Assembly: GCA_964621085.1 (NCBI GenBank)
Contig: CAZUKY010000005.1
Coordinates: 4,991-68,990, forward strand
Reading direction: 5' to 3'
Source: an uncultured Gammaproteobacteria bacterium
Lineage (GTDB): Bacteria > Patescibacteriota > Patescibacteriia > JACQRZ01
DNA: 64,000 nt
Part shown: positions 51,501 through 58,559 of the stretch, in pieces
How the letters are laid out: each line of letters starts with the position of its first letter
Numbering within the stretch: position 1 is the first letter of the stretch
Notes under the pieces: generated by a model
Told to the model about the DNA's origin: nothing
The model's input: only the letters and a program-made list of their open reading frames with translations
The model's database searches: none
Program-made: the position numbers and the translations under genes

Positions 51501-51631
51501 CTCGCTGTCGCGGACGACACCACATAGGTGATATTCGAAAGAGAATTTGCATGCGCGGAAAATGGCGCAACGAGAATAGAAACGATCCCAAAGACGCACG
51601 CGGTACGCAACACAATTTTTTTCATACTCAT
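48560..51631 (-). CDS. Large secreted/envelope multidomain protein (surface-cluster protein 1)
   Basis: Signal peptide; N-terminal domain paralogous to the next two genes; Pro-rich linker; C-terminal region with TM helices and two carboxypeptidase-regulatory-like repeats (RxxPWGVV[YF]DA...GRFSF). Confidence 0.7.
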   Translation of the reverse strand: MSMKKIVLRTACVFGIVSILVAPFSAHANSLSNITYVVSSATASAAANHTISFVATSGVSSGQRIKLDLANLISSTGSVDYTDIDLSYSGTDATLASAAGVSVWGVAVDSSLKTVTFSFPSSGTAVAAGATVTIEIGTHATFQSTGTRQLVTASTFVCQNDNTKWCGKPVWLAAGNDVSLTNVMLVGATGSVPEPPPAVPPVAKQESPPKEPDPVTEPKEEKPAAQETRSAPQAPQPAASGSVIERVVSRFVPPPPVQPLPALALIADEPSVKEEVETPEKDDRTAPLSIRLAAPQRVVIPTNESRRITVTREDGMGLDIVVPRQSSEFLRGEAPSGAKLATATLAGIDIDLAQKTPPSAFEAKASMYTFDIKNVSIQQARSWSGVRIPSEKRAVKAHVYLITAYDQAGNAITRFENPLFYTITFRADELEDIDAATLRAFSWDPVSGTLAAEKSTLSKNAVSGNLSHLTYLLVLGDPRIEGAQPADRQSRSVAVTPAASLQGVQTAIMPSDVQLTSDVTGKRIGLNSNNEFYAPARTPYEVCISKTVFPKTVKAVAVLLGSDRSALEWDERRSCYRGKVSMPDEKGKTPLTLRIVYADDQVAQVRFFASVTGGALQADILSTVGPALEQAKATGAAINTAVAAAVVTSEPVLQSTVAVAVPVAAFTHPAIIANTLQWYHYANHFFSIFLTVLGIRKRRRPWGVVYDAISKNPVDLAIVRLISTQSKKLVETQVTDKAGRFSFYAQPGTYELSVSKAPFHFPSEIVTGSRDDAYADVYRGDSFEITHPDQILNMSIPLDPPNPGAFHSPLRRAFASLQRSTRFLIMGSLVISGVLTVYTPSALNTTLLILGAALFVGQYILSSRIEKPWGVVFDALTLEPIPLAAISIFQSPDNKLLRTRLSDYHGRFSFLTPPGSYILRAAKDRYAFPPAERPKKKNAYMGEVVTLKKKNTMLKINVPLQPLSGEPSDASSPIVQSVEPASLSQNYSDAASLAPPPGLPDSDNRMTTQQPDSPATQEAQQSA

Positions 51632-51686
51632 GTATTCTACGACGACCGCTTGGGAAACTCAAGCAGTCAGCACCACTCCTTCTCGC

Positions 51687-53486
51687 TTACCTGCGCACCA
51701 GAACGCCAACGCGCCTGCGCACGCGCACGAAGATACCGATCCCGCTCAAGACGATGCCGAGTACGGCTGCCGTGCCGAGAAGCACCGCTGACTCCTTTTT
51801 TTGGGGAGCTGCCGGCTGTACTTCTTCTTGCGCTCCTGCGCCATCTTCTTTTGCGCCCCTTTGCCTGTCGAGAGCATCGCCGATAAGCGCAAAAATACTG
51901 AAGTGATCGACAGTTGCTGTTACGGCATTGCGATTCACATCAACAGATGAATCGAGCGCTTCCCAGAGACGCGTAACAGGATTCCAGTAGTGTATGCGCA
52001 GCGTACGCTCGTCAATGGCTTCGACGGCGGAGTCGTCATACCGAATGGTGATGCGCGCCACCTTTGACAACGCATGGACGCCGGCGTCGTTCACGAAAAG
52101 AGAAATGTCGTACAGTGTATTCCCGGGAATATTTTTCCCGTCCGGAACGAATAATCCGGTCTCTGTTTCCCGCGCCTTTTCGAGCGCAAGCGGCACAATC
52201 GCTAAGCGATAGGCAGAAGGCACCGCCCCAGCTGGCAACGATACATCAGCACCCGATGATGCATCGGCCCCAAGCGAGAATGCGCCGGCAGCGTTCGCGG
52301 CAAAAAATTCAGATTCTCGTCCTGATGTCGAAGAAGAACCGCCGCTTGCTGGTGGCGGAGAGGCGGGGGATGGCTCGCGTACACCCGAAAACACAGATGA
52401 ATTTGTTGGAGTGCCGGTTGTCACCTGAGGAGTGGAAGATGGCGCGGCAATCGAACGGGAATCCGACGGTGAAGTCGAAACTCTGTCCGTCTCAGTCGTA
52501 TCCGAGTCAGCAGACGTCTGATCGTCCAGTAAGGAGGGCTCATCTTTTTTCAGCGCGTCCGTCGGCGTACTCGACTGCTGACCCGATGCCTCAGACGGCA
52601 CAACAACCGCGCCCCCGCTCAATGCCGTCGTTGTTACTGTCACAGCTGGCGCATACGCGCTCTCCAACGCCCCGCGGACAGCTCGAATACGATAGCGGTA
52701 CGTCGTCTTCTGCTCTGCCGAGCTATCCGTATACTGCCCACCATTCGCATTGACGGTCGCGAGAAGCGAATAGATATTATCCGTTCCTGCGCGTTCGATA
52801 CGATACTGCTCAGTGCCGCCGCCGTTTGTCGAATCGACCCATGTAAGACGAGCAGACCCATCGACAAGCGCCTGCACACCGAACTGTGTCGGCGCAAGCA
52901 ATGCCACACTCACGCCAATACTGACTGAATCTTCCGAAACAATAGCAACGGCGATATTTCCGGAGTCGGGACCTGCCGTAATACTGATTTTGCGGCTTCC
53001 GATTTCCGCAGTATTGAGAAATTGACGATCTCCGGTTGCCTGTACAGATGCGTTGGTGCCGATCATAATGATGACTCGATCTCCCGCAATGATCGGAGTG
53101 CCGCTACTTACGGGATAGGAAAACGTCACCTGTCTCGTATTGGCATCAAGGGCAATGCCCCAAACTCCGCTTCCTGGCGCTGATGCGAGCTGATAGGAAA
53201 CCTCCTGTCCTGCCGCGCCGTACGCCAGATCAATATCTGTCTCGTCTAGACCATTGAATGATGAAACCGCGGCACTCATATCAAGCGTGATGGTGCCGCT
53301 ACTCATACCGCTTGCTGAGATGAAAGAAATCGTATGATTACTTGCAGTCCCCGCCTTCAAGCGACTCATCGTATCGCTCGCACGTGTAAGTCCTGCTGAA
53401 GAAACTGGGCCTGCTGTGACAAGTACGGCAAAAAACCCGGCGATCGCACCGATTACGAACAACGGTTTCACGTCAAAACCAGTCAT
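51687..53486 (-). CDS. Secreted cell-surface protein with C-terminal TM anchor (surface-cluster protein 2)
   Basis: Signal peptide; N-terminal domain SDTMSRLKAGTASNHTISF...; Ser/Pro-rich linker; a second beta-domain shared with protein 1; TM plus basic tail. Confidence 0.7.
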   Translation of the reverse strand: MTGFDVKPLFVIGAIAGFFAVLVTAGPVSSAGLTRASDTMSRLKAGTASNHTISFISASGMSSGTITLDMSAAVSSFNGLDETDIDLAYGAAGQEVSYQLASAPGSGVWGIALDANTRQVTFSYPVSSGTPIIAGDRVIIMIGTNASVQATGDRQFLNTAEIGSRKISITAGPDSGNIAVAIVSEDSVSIGVSVALLAPTQFGVQALVDGSARLTWVDSTNGGGTEQYRIERAGTDNIYSLLATVNANGGQYTDSSAEQKTTYRYRIRAVRGALESAYAPAVTVTTTALSGGAVVVPSEASGQQSSTPTDALKKDEPSLLDDQTSADSDTTETDRVSTSPSDSRSIAAPSSTPQVTTGTPTNSSVFSGVREPSPASPPPASGGSSSTSGRESEFFAANAAGAFSLGADASSGADVSLPAGAVPSAYRLAIVPLALEKARETETGLFVPDGKNIPGNTLYDISLFVNDAGVHALSKVARITIRYDDSAVEAIDERTLRIHYWNPVTRLWEALDSSVDVNRNAVTATVDHFSIFALIGDALDRQRGAKEDGAGAQEEVQPAAPQKKESAVLLGTAAVLGIVLSGIGIFVRVRRRVGVLVRR

Positions 53487-53583
53487 GATTAATCATGATT
53501 ACTTTCACTTGTAATCATATCAAAGCGGAAACGAAAAAGCGATCCCGGAAACGGGATCGCTTTTGGTGATTCTGAGGGCTGAA

Positions 53584-54498
53584 CTACTTCTTCATCGACA
53601 TCATCATGTTGCGAATGAGCATGATGAGAATCGCAATAATGACTACGGCGATGATCAGCCACAAGGCCATCAGACCTGTCGGCAAGACCCAGAAGGTGGC
53701 TTGTGCCATTTGAGCACTGGAACCGATCGCAACTTCGGCAACGGCGGTGTATTTGCCGAGTGCGAAACCGTCTTTCCACTGCACCTCAAACTTGCGCGTG
53801 CTGTTGGGTGCAACGTATCCCGTATCTCCGCGCGATTCATTGAGACTTAATGTCTCAACCGTGCGTCCGAAAGCGTCACGGATCGAAACGGTACCCTGCG
53901 GTTTGAAGGCGGTATTTCCAGTGTTGGTCACGCGAAGCGCAAACCCGACCGGAAGTCTGCTATATCGATCGGAGCTGCCAAGGGTTGAAAAACTTGTGAG
54001 TGTTCCTGAAAGCGACCGCCCTGGACCGTCGACATCGAGAAGCATAAGACTTGTCACACCGCTTTGAACGGCGACACCCTCTCCCCCCGCTTCGCCAAGA
54101 GATGACCAGACAACCGCCAGGTTATACGTACCGCCAGCTGCATCGGCAGGAACACTGATCAAAACCGGAACTTCAAGTGACTGTCCTGGTGCAACAGTCA
54201 CGGACTGTTCTTTGAAGACAACCCAGTCGGCTGCGGTGCCGGAGGCGTCACCCAGAAGCTGCGGCGTGCCGGACTCGTCACCTGCCGCCGGCGTAAACAG
54301 TGTTGCCGCCGGGCGAAGCGTAACCGGAGCGTTCTCATTATTGGTAAGCTTAACGGCTGTCGCGGCGGTCTGGCCGGGTTTCGCATTTACCGTCGTACTT
54401 GCGGGTGCGAGCGTCAGAGCAGATGCCGGGACACCGAACGCAAGGGCAATCGCCAGTGCCGCAAACGCACTTAATACGTATTTCTTCATAACAAGCAT
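53584..54498 (-). CDS. DUF916/DUF3324-like cell-surface protein with C-terminal TM anchor
   Basis: Signal peptide, two beta-rich domains, C-terminal TM (LMALWLIIAVVIIAILIML) and a short basic tail. Confidence 0.55.
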   Translation of the reverse strand: MLVMKKYVLSAFAALAIALAFGVPASALTLAPASTTVNAKPGQTAATAVKLTNNENAPVTLRPAATLFTPAAGDESGTPQLLGDASGTAADWVVFKEQSVTVAPGQSLEVPVLISVPADAAGGTYNLAVVWSSLGEAGGEGVAVQSGVTSLMLLDVDGPGRSLSGTLTSFSTLGSSDRYSRLPVGFALRVTNTGNTAFKPQGTVSIRDAFGRTVETLSLNESRGDTGYVAPNSTRKFEVQWKDGFALGKYTAVAEVAIGSSAQMAQATFWVLPTGLMALWLIIAVVIIAILIMLIRNMMMSMKK

Positions 54499-54527
54499 GG
54501 GAGTTATGGCATTAAAGATCGAGGACT

Positions 54528-55754
54528 TTAGTAGGTTGCAGTTGCGATAAACGTGAGTGTCTCTGCGTAATCCGCAGCAGCTGCCGTCGTCGTGCTTGCC
54601 TTAGCAAAAATGCGAACTGTTGCTGTCGTAGAGGCGAGCGCCGCTCCTCCGGTCGTCACAATCTGGCTATTGCTACTATGCGAGGTAAAAATCTGACCAA
54701 TGCTTTGATTTTCTGTCGTAGTTGACGAACAAGTCGCTGAGCCGAGTGATGCGTCATAATGAGTACCACGTGTCAATGAGGTGCCATCTGCGACACAAAG
54801 ACCAACCGCCGCTGACGTCGTGGAGCTATAGGTGATTTCTTCCTCGTTCGTCACAGTTGCCACGGTACCTCCCGTTGATGAAGAGAGCAAATTGCCATTC
54901 GTGCCGATAACCGAGATGACGGCCCCTTGATCTGCATTCGTTCCGAGGGTAAGGGTGAGGGAATCGGTCGAAAACTGGCTCGTCGAGAGTTGTCCTAATG
55001 CTAGTGCCGTGTCATCAATAGCAAACGATAGTGTCGGGTCGATCGACGCCGTCACGCTCACCTGGTCGTCGCTTACAACCGGAACAGTAACTGTTTTTAC
55101 ATTGTCGTTTGTGTTGTCAGCGCTCGCGGCTGTCGTAATAGCATCTCCCCCAACCTCAGATACGTAATGCCGGATACTCACCTGATATGTGTTTGCTGAC
55201 GAGGGGTTGAGAAGCTTTGTCGTAGCCGTCGCTGCGTCGTTCAGTGTAATTCTAATCGTTCCACCAGCATCACCTGCAGCAGCGGTACTGCATTTACGAA
55301 TAGAGAACGAGGGATCGGAGCCGTCTGCAGCTGTTGTTACTGCGGCCTTATATCCTGCAGTGTTAGCGCAGGTTGATGAGAATGTCAGAGTGCCAGCAGC
55401 TGTCGTATTAATATCAGCATCAGCTGTCGATAATTCGACCATAGCAGTGCTAACCTCGTGCTCAACTTTGATATCTGCATCAACCCAGGTACCTCCTGAT
55501 GTGGCGCTCACCGTAAAGGCAGCCGGAAAATCAATGACAATATCTTCGAGTGCATTCCATGTCACGCCGCCTGGAAGATCGAACTGAATGATGTGCTCTG
55601 CGCCAGTACTGGTCTTTTGCCGCGACATCGTATCAGAAACAGTTAGCAAATCATTTGTCGCATTCGTGACCGGCACAAAACCAGCAAACGCCAATGCCCA
55701 AATTGTTGAAAAAATCGTAAGCTTGCTTACGAAGCGTGAAACGCGTTGCTTCAT
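54528..55754 (-). CDS. Secreted surface protein (surface-cluster protein 3), Thr/Ala/Ser-rich
   Basis: Signal peptide; N-terminal SDTMSRQKTSTGAEHIIQF motif paralogous to proteins 1 and 2. Confidence 0.65.
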   Translation of the reverse strand: MKQRVSRFVSKLTIFSTIWALAFAGFVPVTNATNDLLTVSDTMSRQKTSTGAEHIIQFDLPGGVTWNALEDIVIDFPAAFTVSATSGGTWVDADIKVEHEVSTAMVELSTADADINTTAAGTLTFSSTCANTAGYKAAVTTAADGSDPSFSIRKCSTAAAGDAGGTIRITLNDAATATTKLLNPSSANTYQVSIRHYVSEVGGDAITTAASADNTNDNVKTVTVPVVSDDQVSVTASIDPTLSFAIDDTALALGQLSTSQFSTDSLTLTLGTNADQGAVISVIGTNGNLLSSSTGGTVATVTNEEEITYSSTTSAAVGLCVADGTSLTRGTHYDASLGSATCSSTTTENQSIGQIFTSHSSNSQIVTTGGAALASTTATVRIFAKASTTTAAAADYAETLTFIATATY

Positions 55755-55977
55755 ATATGGTTGTTCAAGATTCTAGCTCTCGGTTCTTGCGAGAACCGCC
55801 ATTATTTAAAGATTTGTCCATCGGCACAGCTATTATTTTCGGGACGTTGTCGACCGCACCCCAAAAAAAGCTGCGAATGAAATTCACATCACTGCTTTAT
55901 TATAGCAGCTTTTTGCTGGCCTGTAGAGCTCTCGGTTGTGGACAAGTTTGCAAATCAGATTTTTTTAATACGCCGAA

Positions 55978-56352
55978 TTAAACTTCAACAGAGAACTCAA
56001 TATCTCTGATATGGCGAACGTTCGCGCGGCGCGAATCCAAATCAAGTGTAACCGAGACAATATCGATCCTGAACGAGGGCTCCGACGATAAGCCCGCACA
56101 ATAGTGCCGGATCGCTCGTGCCATCTTTCGCGACTTGCGCCAGTCCACTGCCTCCTCAGGATAGCCGAAGCGGTCCGAGAGACGGGTTTTCACCTCGACA
56201 AATACAAGAATTCCATCCTTCTGCGCAATAATTTCGATCTCGCCGCCGGCGATACGGTAGTTCCGCTCAGCGATCGCATATCCCTTACGTACCAGAAACG
56301 AGCAGGCCAGCTCCTCGCCAAGGCGCCCGTGTTCATGCGCAACTGGAGACAT
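55978..56352 (-). CDS. yraN: YraN-family (UPF0102) endonuclease-like protein
   Basis: Conserved GE.ELA..F....GY, EIDII and VFVEVK motifs. Confidence 0.8.
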   Translation of the reverse strand: MSPVAHEHGRLGEELACSFLVRKGYAIAERNYRIAGGEIEIIAQKDGILVFVEVKTRLSDRFGYPEEAVDWRKSRKMARAIRHYCAGLSSEPSFRIDIVSVTLDLDSRRANVRHIRDIEFSVEV

Positions 56353-56383
56353 GCATCACCACTTAAACCCTCTGATCTTCGCC

Positions 56384-56791
56384 CTACTTCAGGTACTTAT
56401 TCCGTTGCTCGCGAAGGCGGATCTCCTCCAACTCCTGTTTTGTTTTCGTAAAATAGTGCGCAAGGATATGATATTTCCAGATCGCTGCACCAAGAAGCCA
56501 GAAGAGAAACCAAAAACGCGCAGAAAGCACCGGAAGTGTCTCATAGGCGAAATAGAGCCAGAGAAGTCCCAAAAAAGCCATCGTATAGATAGCGCTGCGT
56601 ATCTTCCCGAAGAGGCGACGGATCGGCTTTTGGAGTCTCGCCTTGTTTTTCCGCTCATAGACGGATAAACCAACCGCAACAGCCAAGTGAAGCAGGAAAA
56701 AGACCAAAAAACCAATCAAAAAGGACGTACTCATCGGCCCTGGATATGTTGTTATCCAGTAGTTCAGATCGAAAAGTTGGGCGAGATTCAT
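56384..56791 (-). CDS. Hypothetical integral membrane protein
   Basis: 135 aa with about four TM helices. Confidence 0.45.
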   Translation of the reverse strand: MNLAQLFDLNYWITTYPGPMSTSFLIGFLVFFLLHLAVAVGLSVYERKNKARLQKPIRRLFGKIRSAIYTMAFLGLLWLYFAYETLPVLSARFWFLFWLLGAAIWKYHILAHYFTKTKQELEEIRLREQRNKYLK

Positions 56792-56959
56792 AAATTCTAG
56801 AACTTATTATTATGAGCGGAAGTATTCCTTCCAGCGCCGCACGAAGTCGGCAAGCATGGTTTTTCGAGCGAAGCGAGAAAATTGCCGACTGAGTCAGAGG
56901 TGGCCGCTCGTTGGGCGGCCACTGTGCGATGGAAGGAATGCTTTCGCGACGAAGTCGCT

Positions 56960-57523
56960 CTACCCCTTCAAAAACACTTCTGCGTGATGGTACTTCCCTG
57001 CATCAAACTCGTCGTAGAGACGCAGACCCTTGTCCTGAGCAAGACCCTTTATCTGTGTCGGAGAAAGGCGCAGTTCAGTCGGCGGGCCGAATGGGGAGGC
57101 GGTTGGCTTCCACTCGATAACCACAACCCGTCCCCCGGGGCGCACGATTCGCGCAGCCTCGCCGATAATAGCATCATGTTTCGTATTCTGGAAGAGCACG
57201 TTGATAACTAACGCGATATCACAGCTTGCGTCCTTTATCTTCATGGCACCTGGTACTTCCAAGTCAGACCATATGGTCGAGACGTTCGGAATAACAAGGG
57301 TCCTCATCTTCGCCTCGACCGCATGAAGGACCTTTTTCTGTATATCAACCGCATACACAAGCCCTGCAGGGCCGACCAAGTGGGCCAGAGGGGCAACAAA
57401 ATGCCCGTTTCCGCCACAGCCAAGATCGGCGACGACAAAGCCAGCCCGAATGTCGCACCGCCCAAGAACCGCAACGGCATCGATCAGACCAGTGCCGCCG
57501 CGAAGTAAGGGTACTGAAAGCAT
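56960..57523 (-). CDS. Class I SAM-dependent methyltransferase
   Basis: SAM-binding motif VADLGCGGNG. Confidence 0.75.
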   Translation of the reverse strand: MLSVPLLRGGTGLIDAVAVLGRCDIRAGFVVADLGCGGNGHFVAPLAHLVGPAGLVYAVDIQKKVLHAVEAKMRTLVIPNVSTIWSDLEVPGAMKIKDASCDIALVINVLFQNTKHDAIIGEAARIVRPGGRVVVIEWKPTASPFGPPTELRLSPTQIKGLAQDKGLRLYDEFDAGKYHHAEVFLKG

Positions 57524-57595
57524 AGAAAAAAATCACCAATACATTTCGCCGATGAGGTGGCGAATATATATTGGAAGTATAGCTCTTTATGGAAC

Positions 57596-58258
57596 CTATT
57601 TCAAAACAGGTACAATGTCTGTGCTCAAAGTCCTAGATGATCGTTCAGATGATTCAAGTATTTCTCTGACGGGTGCGTACGTTGCACGGTGAACGACGGA
57701 TGCCCCGCGTTTCACAAGCAACGACCGGTGCTCATGCGTGCCGTACCCCTTGTGGCGCTCGAAAGCATAGCCCTGTATCCGGCCTGCTATACGCCGCATA
57801 ATATGATCCCGAGCAATTTTGGCGATGATAGATGCAGCAGCAATCGACGGCATGTGGGCGTCGCCATCGACGATAAATGATGGAAGGATGGTAAAACTCG
57901 CGCGATTCGGTCTGCCGTCAATGCAAAGACGGATTCGCGACGAATCGAATCTATCGATCTGCTGAAGCTGTTGAGAGAGCTTTTCGAATGCCTTTTCAAA
58001 AATGCGGCTGTTTGCCGCCTGAATGCCGATTCTGTCGATCTCACAGCTTGATACCGATCCTATTGCCCAGTATGCGTTTTTCGTTATAAATCGCGCTGCA
58101 TCCTCGCGCTGATGGCGCGAAAGCGTCTTTGAGTCACGAATGATCTCTGGAATGCGAATTTTTCTCTTAAAAATGACTGCCGCACCAACAATCGGCCCTG
58201 CCCACGCACCTCTTCCAGCCTCATCAATGCCGATCGATAAAGGATCCGCGTATGGCAT
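57596..58258 (-). CDS. rnhB: Ribonuclease HII
   Basis: GIDEAGRGAWAGPIVGAAV and DSK catalytic motifs; start set after the upstream tRNA. Confidence 0.9.
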   Translation of the reverse strand: MPYADPLSIGIDEAGRGAWAGPIVGAAVIFKRKIRIPEIIRDSKTLSRHQREDAARFITKNAYWAIGSVSSCEIDRIGIQAANSRIFEKAFEKLSQQLQQIDRFDSSRIRLCIDGRPNRASFTILPSFIVDGDAHMPSIAAASIIAKIARDHIMRRIAGRIQGYAFERHKGYGTHEHRSLLVKRGASVVHRATYAPVREILESSERSSRTLSTDIVPVLK

Positions 58259-58276
58259 ATCTTCTTTAAAATAGGG

Positions 58277-58353
58277 GATTTTCCTCTGGTGGGCCAGGAA
58301 GGACTCGAACCTTCGACCGATCGGATATAAGCCGACTGCTCTAACCGACTGAG
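58277..58353 (-). tRNA. tRNA-Ile with anticodon TAT (UAU), CCA encoded
   Basis: Acceptor GGGCCAG/CTGGCCC, D-arm TAGCTCAGTCGGTTAGAGC, anticodon loop CTTATAT, T-arm GAAGGTTCGAGTCCTTC, CCA. Confidence 0.8.
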
Positions 58354-58559
58354 CTACTGGCCCGCGCAATCGTGCGGAAATATACACAGACCCTCCAAGA
58401 TCAATATATCGCAATAAGATGCTCTGGTCAAAAAACCATAAAAAGATTTATTTTGTAATTTTTTCGGCTGTGATACAATAAAGCACGAAGGCAATCCTGG
58501 TATTGTCTGTTTTGGTTTATCTGTGCTTGTTGAGCAATGATTTGTTTCTAAAATCCACT

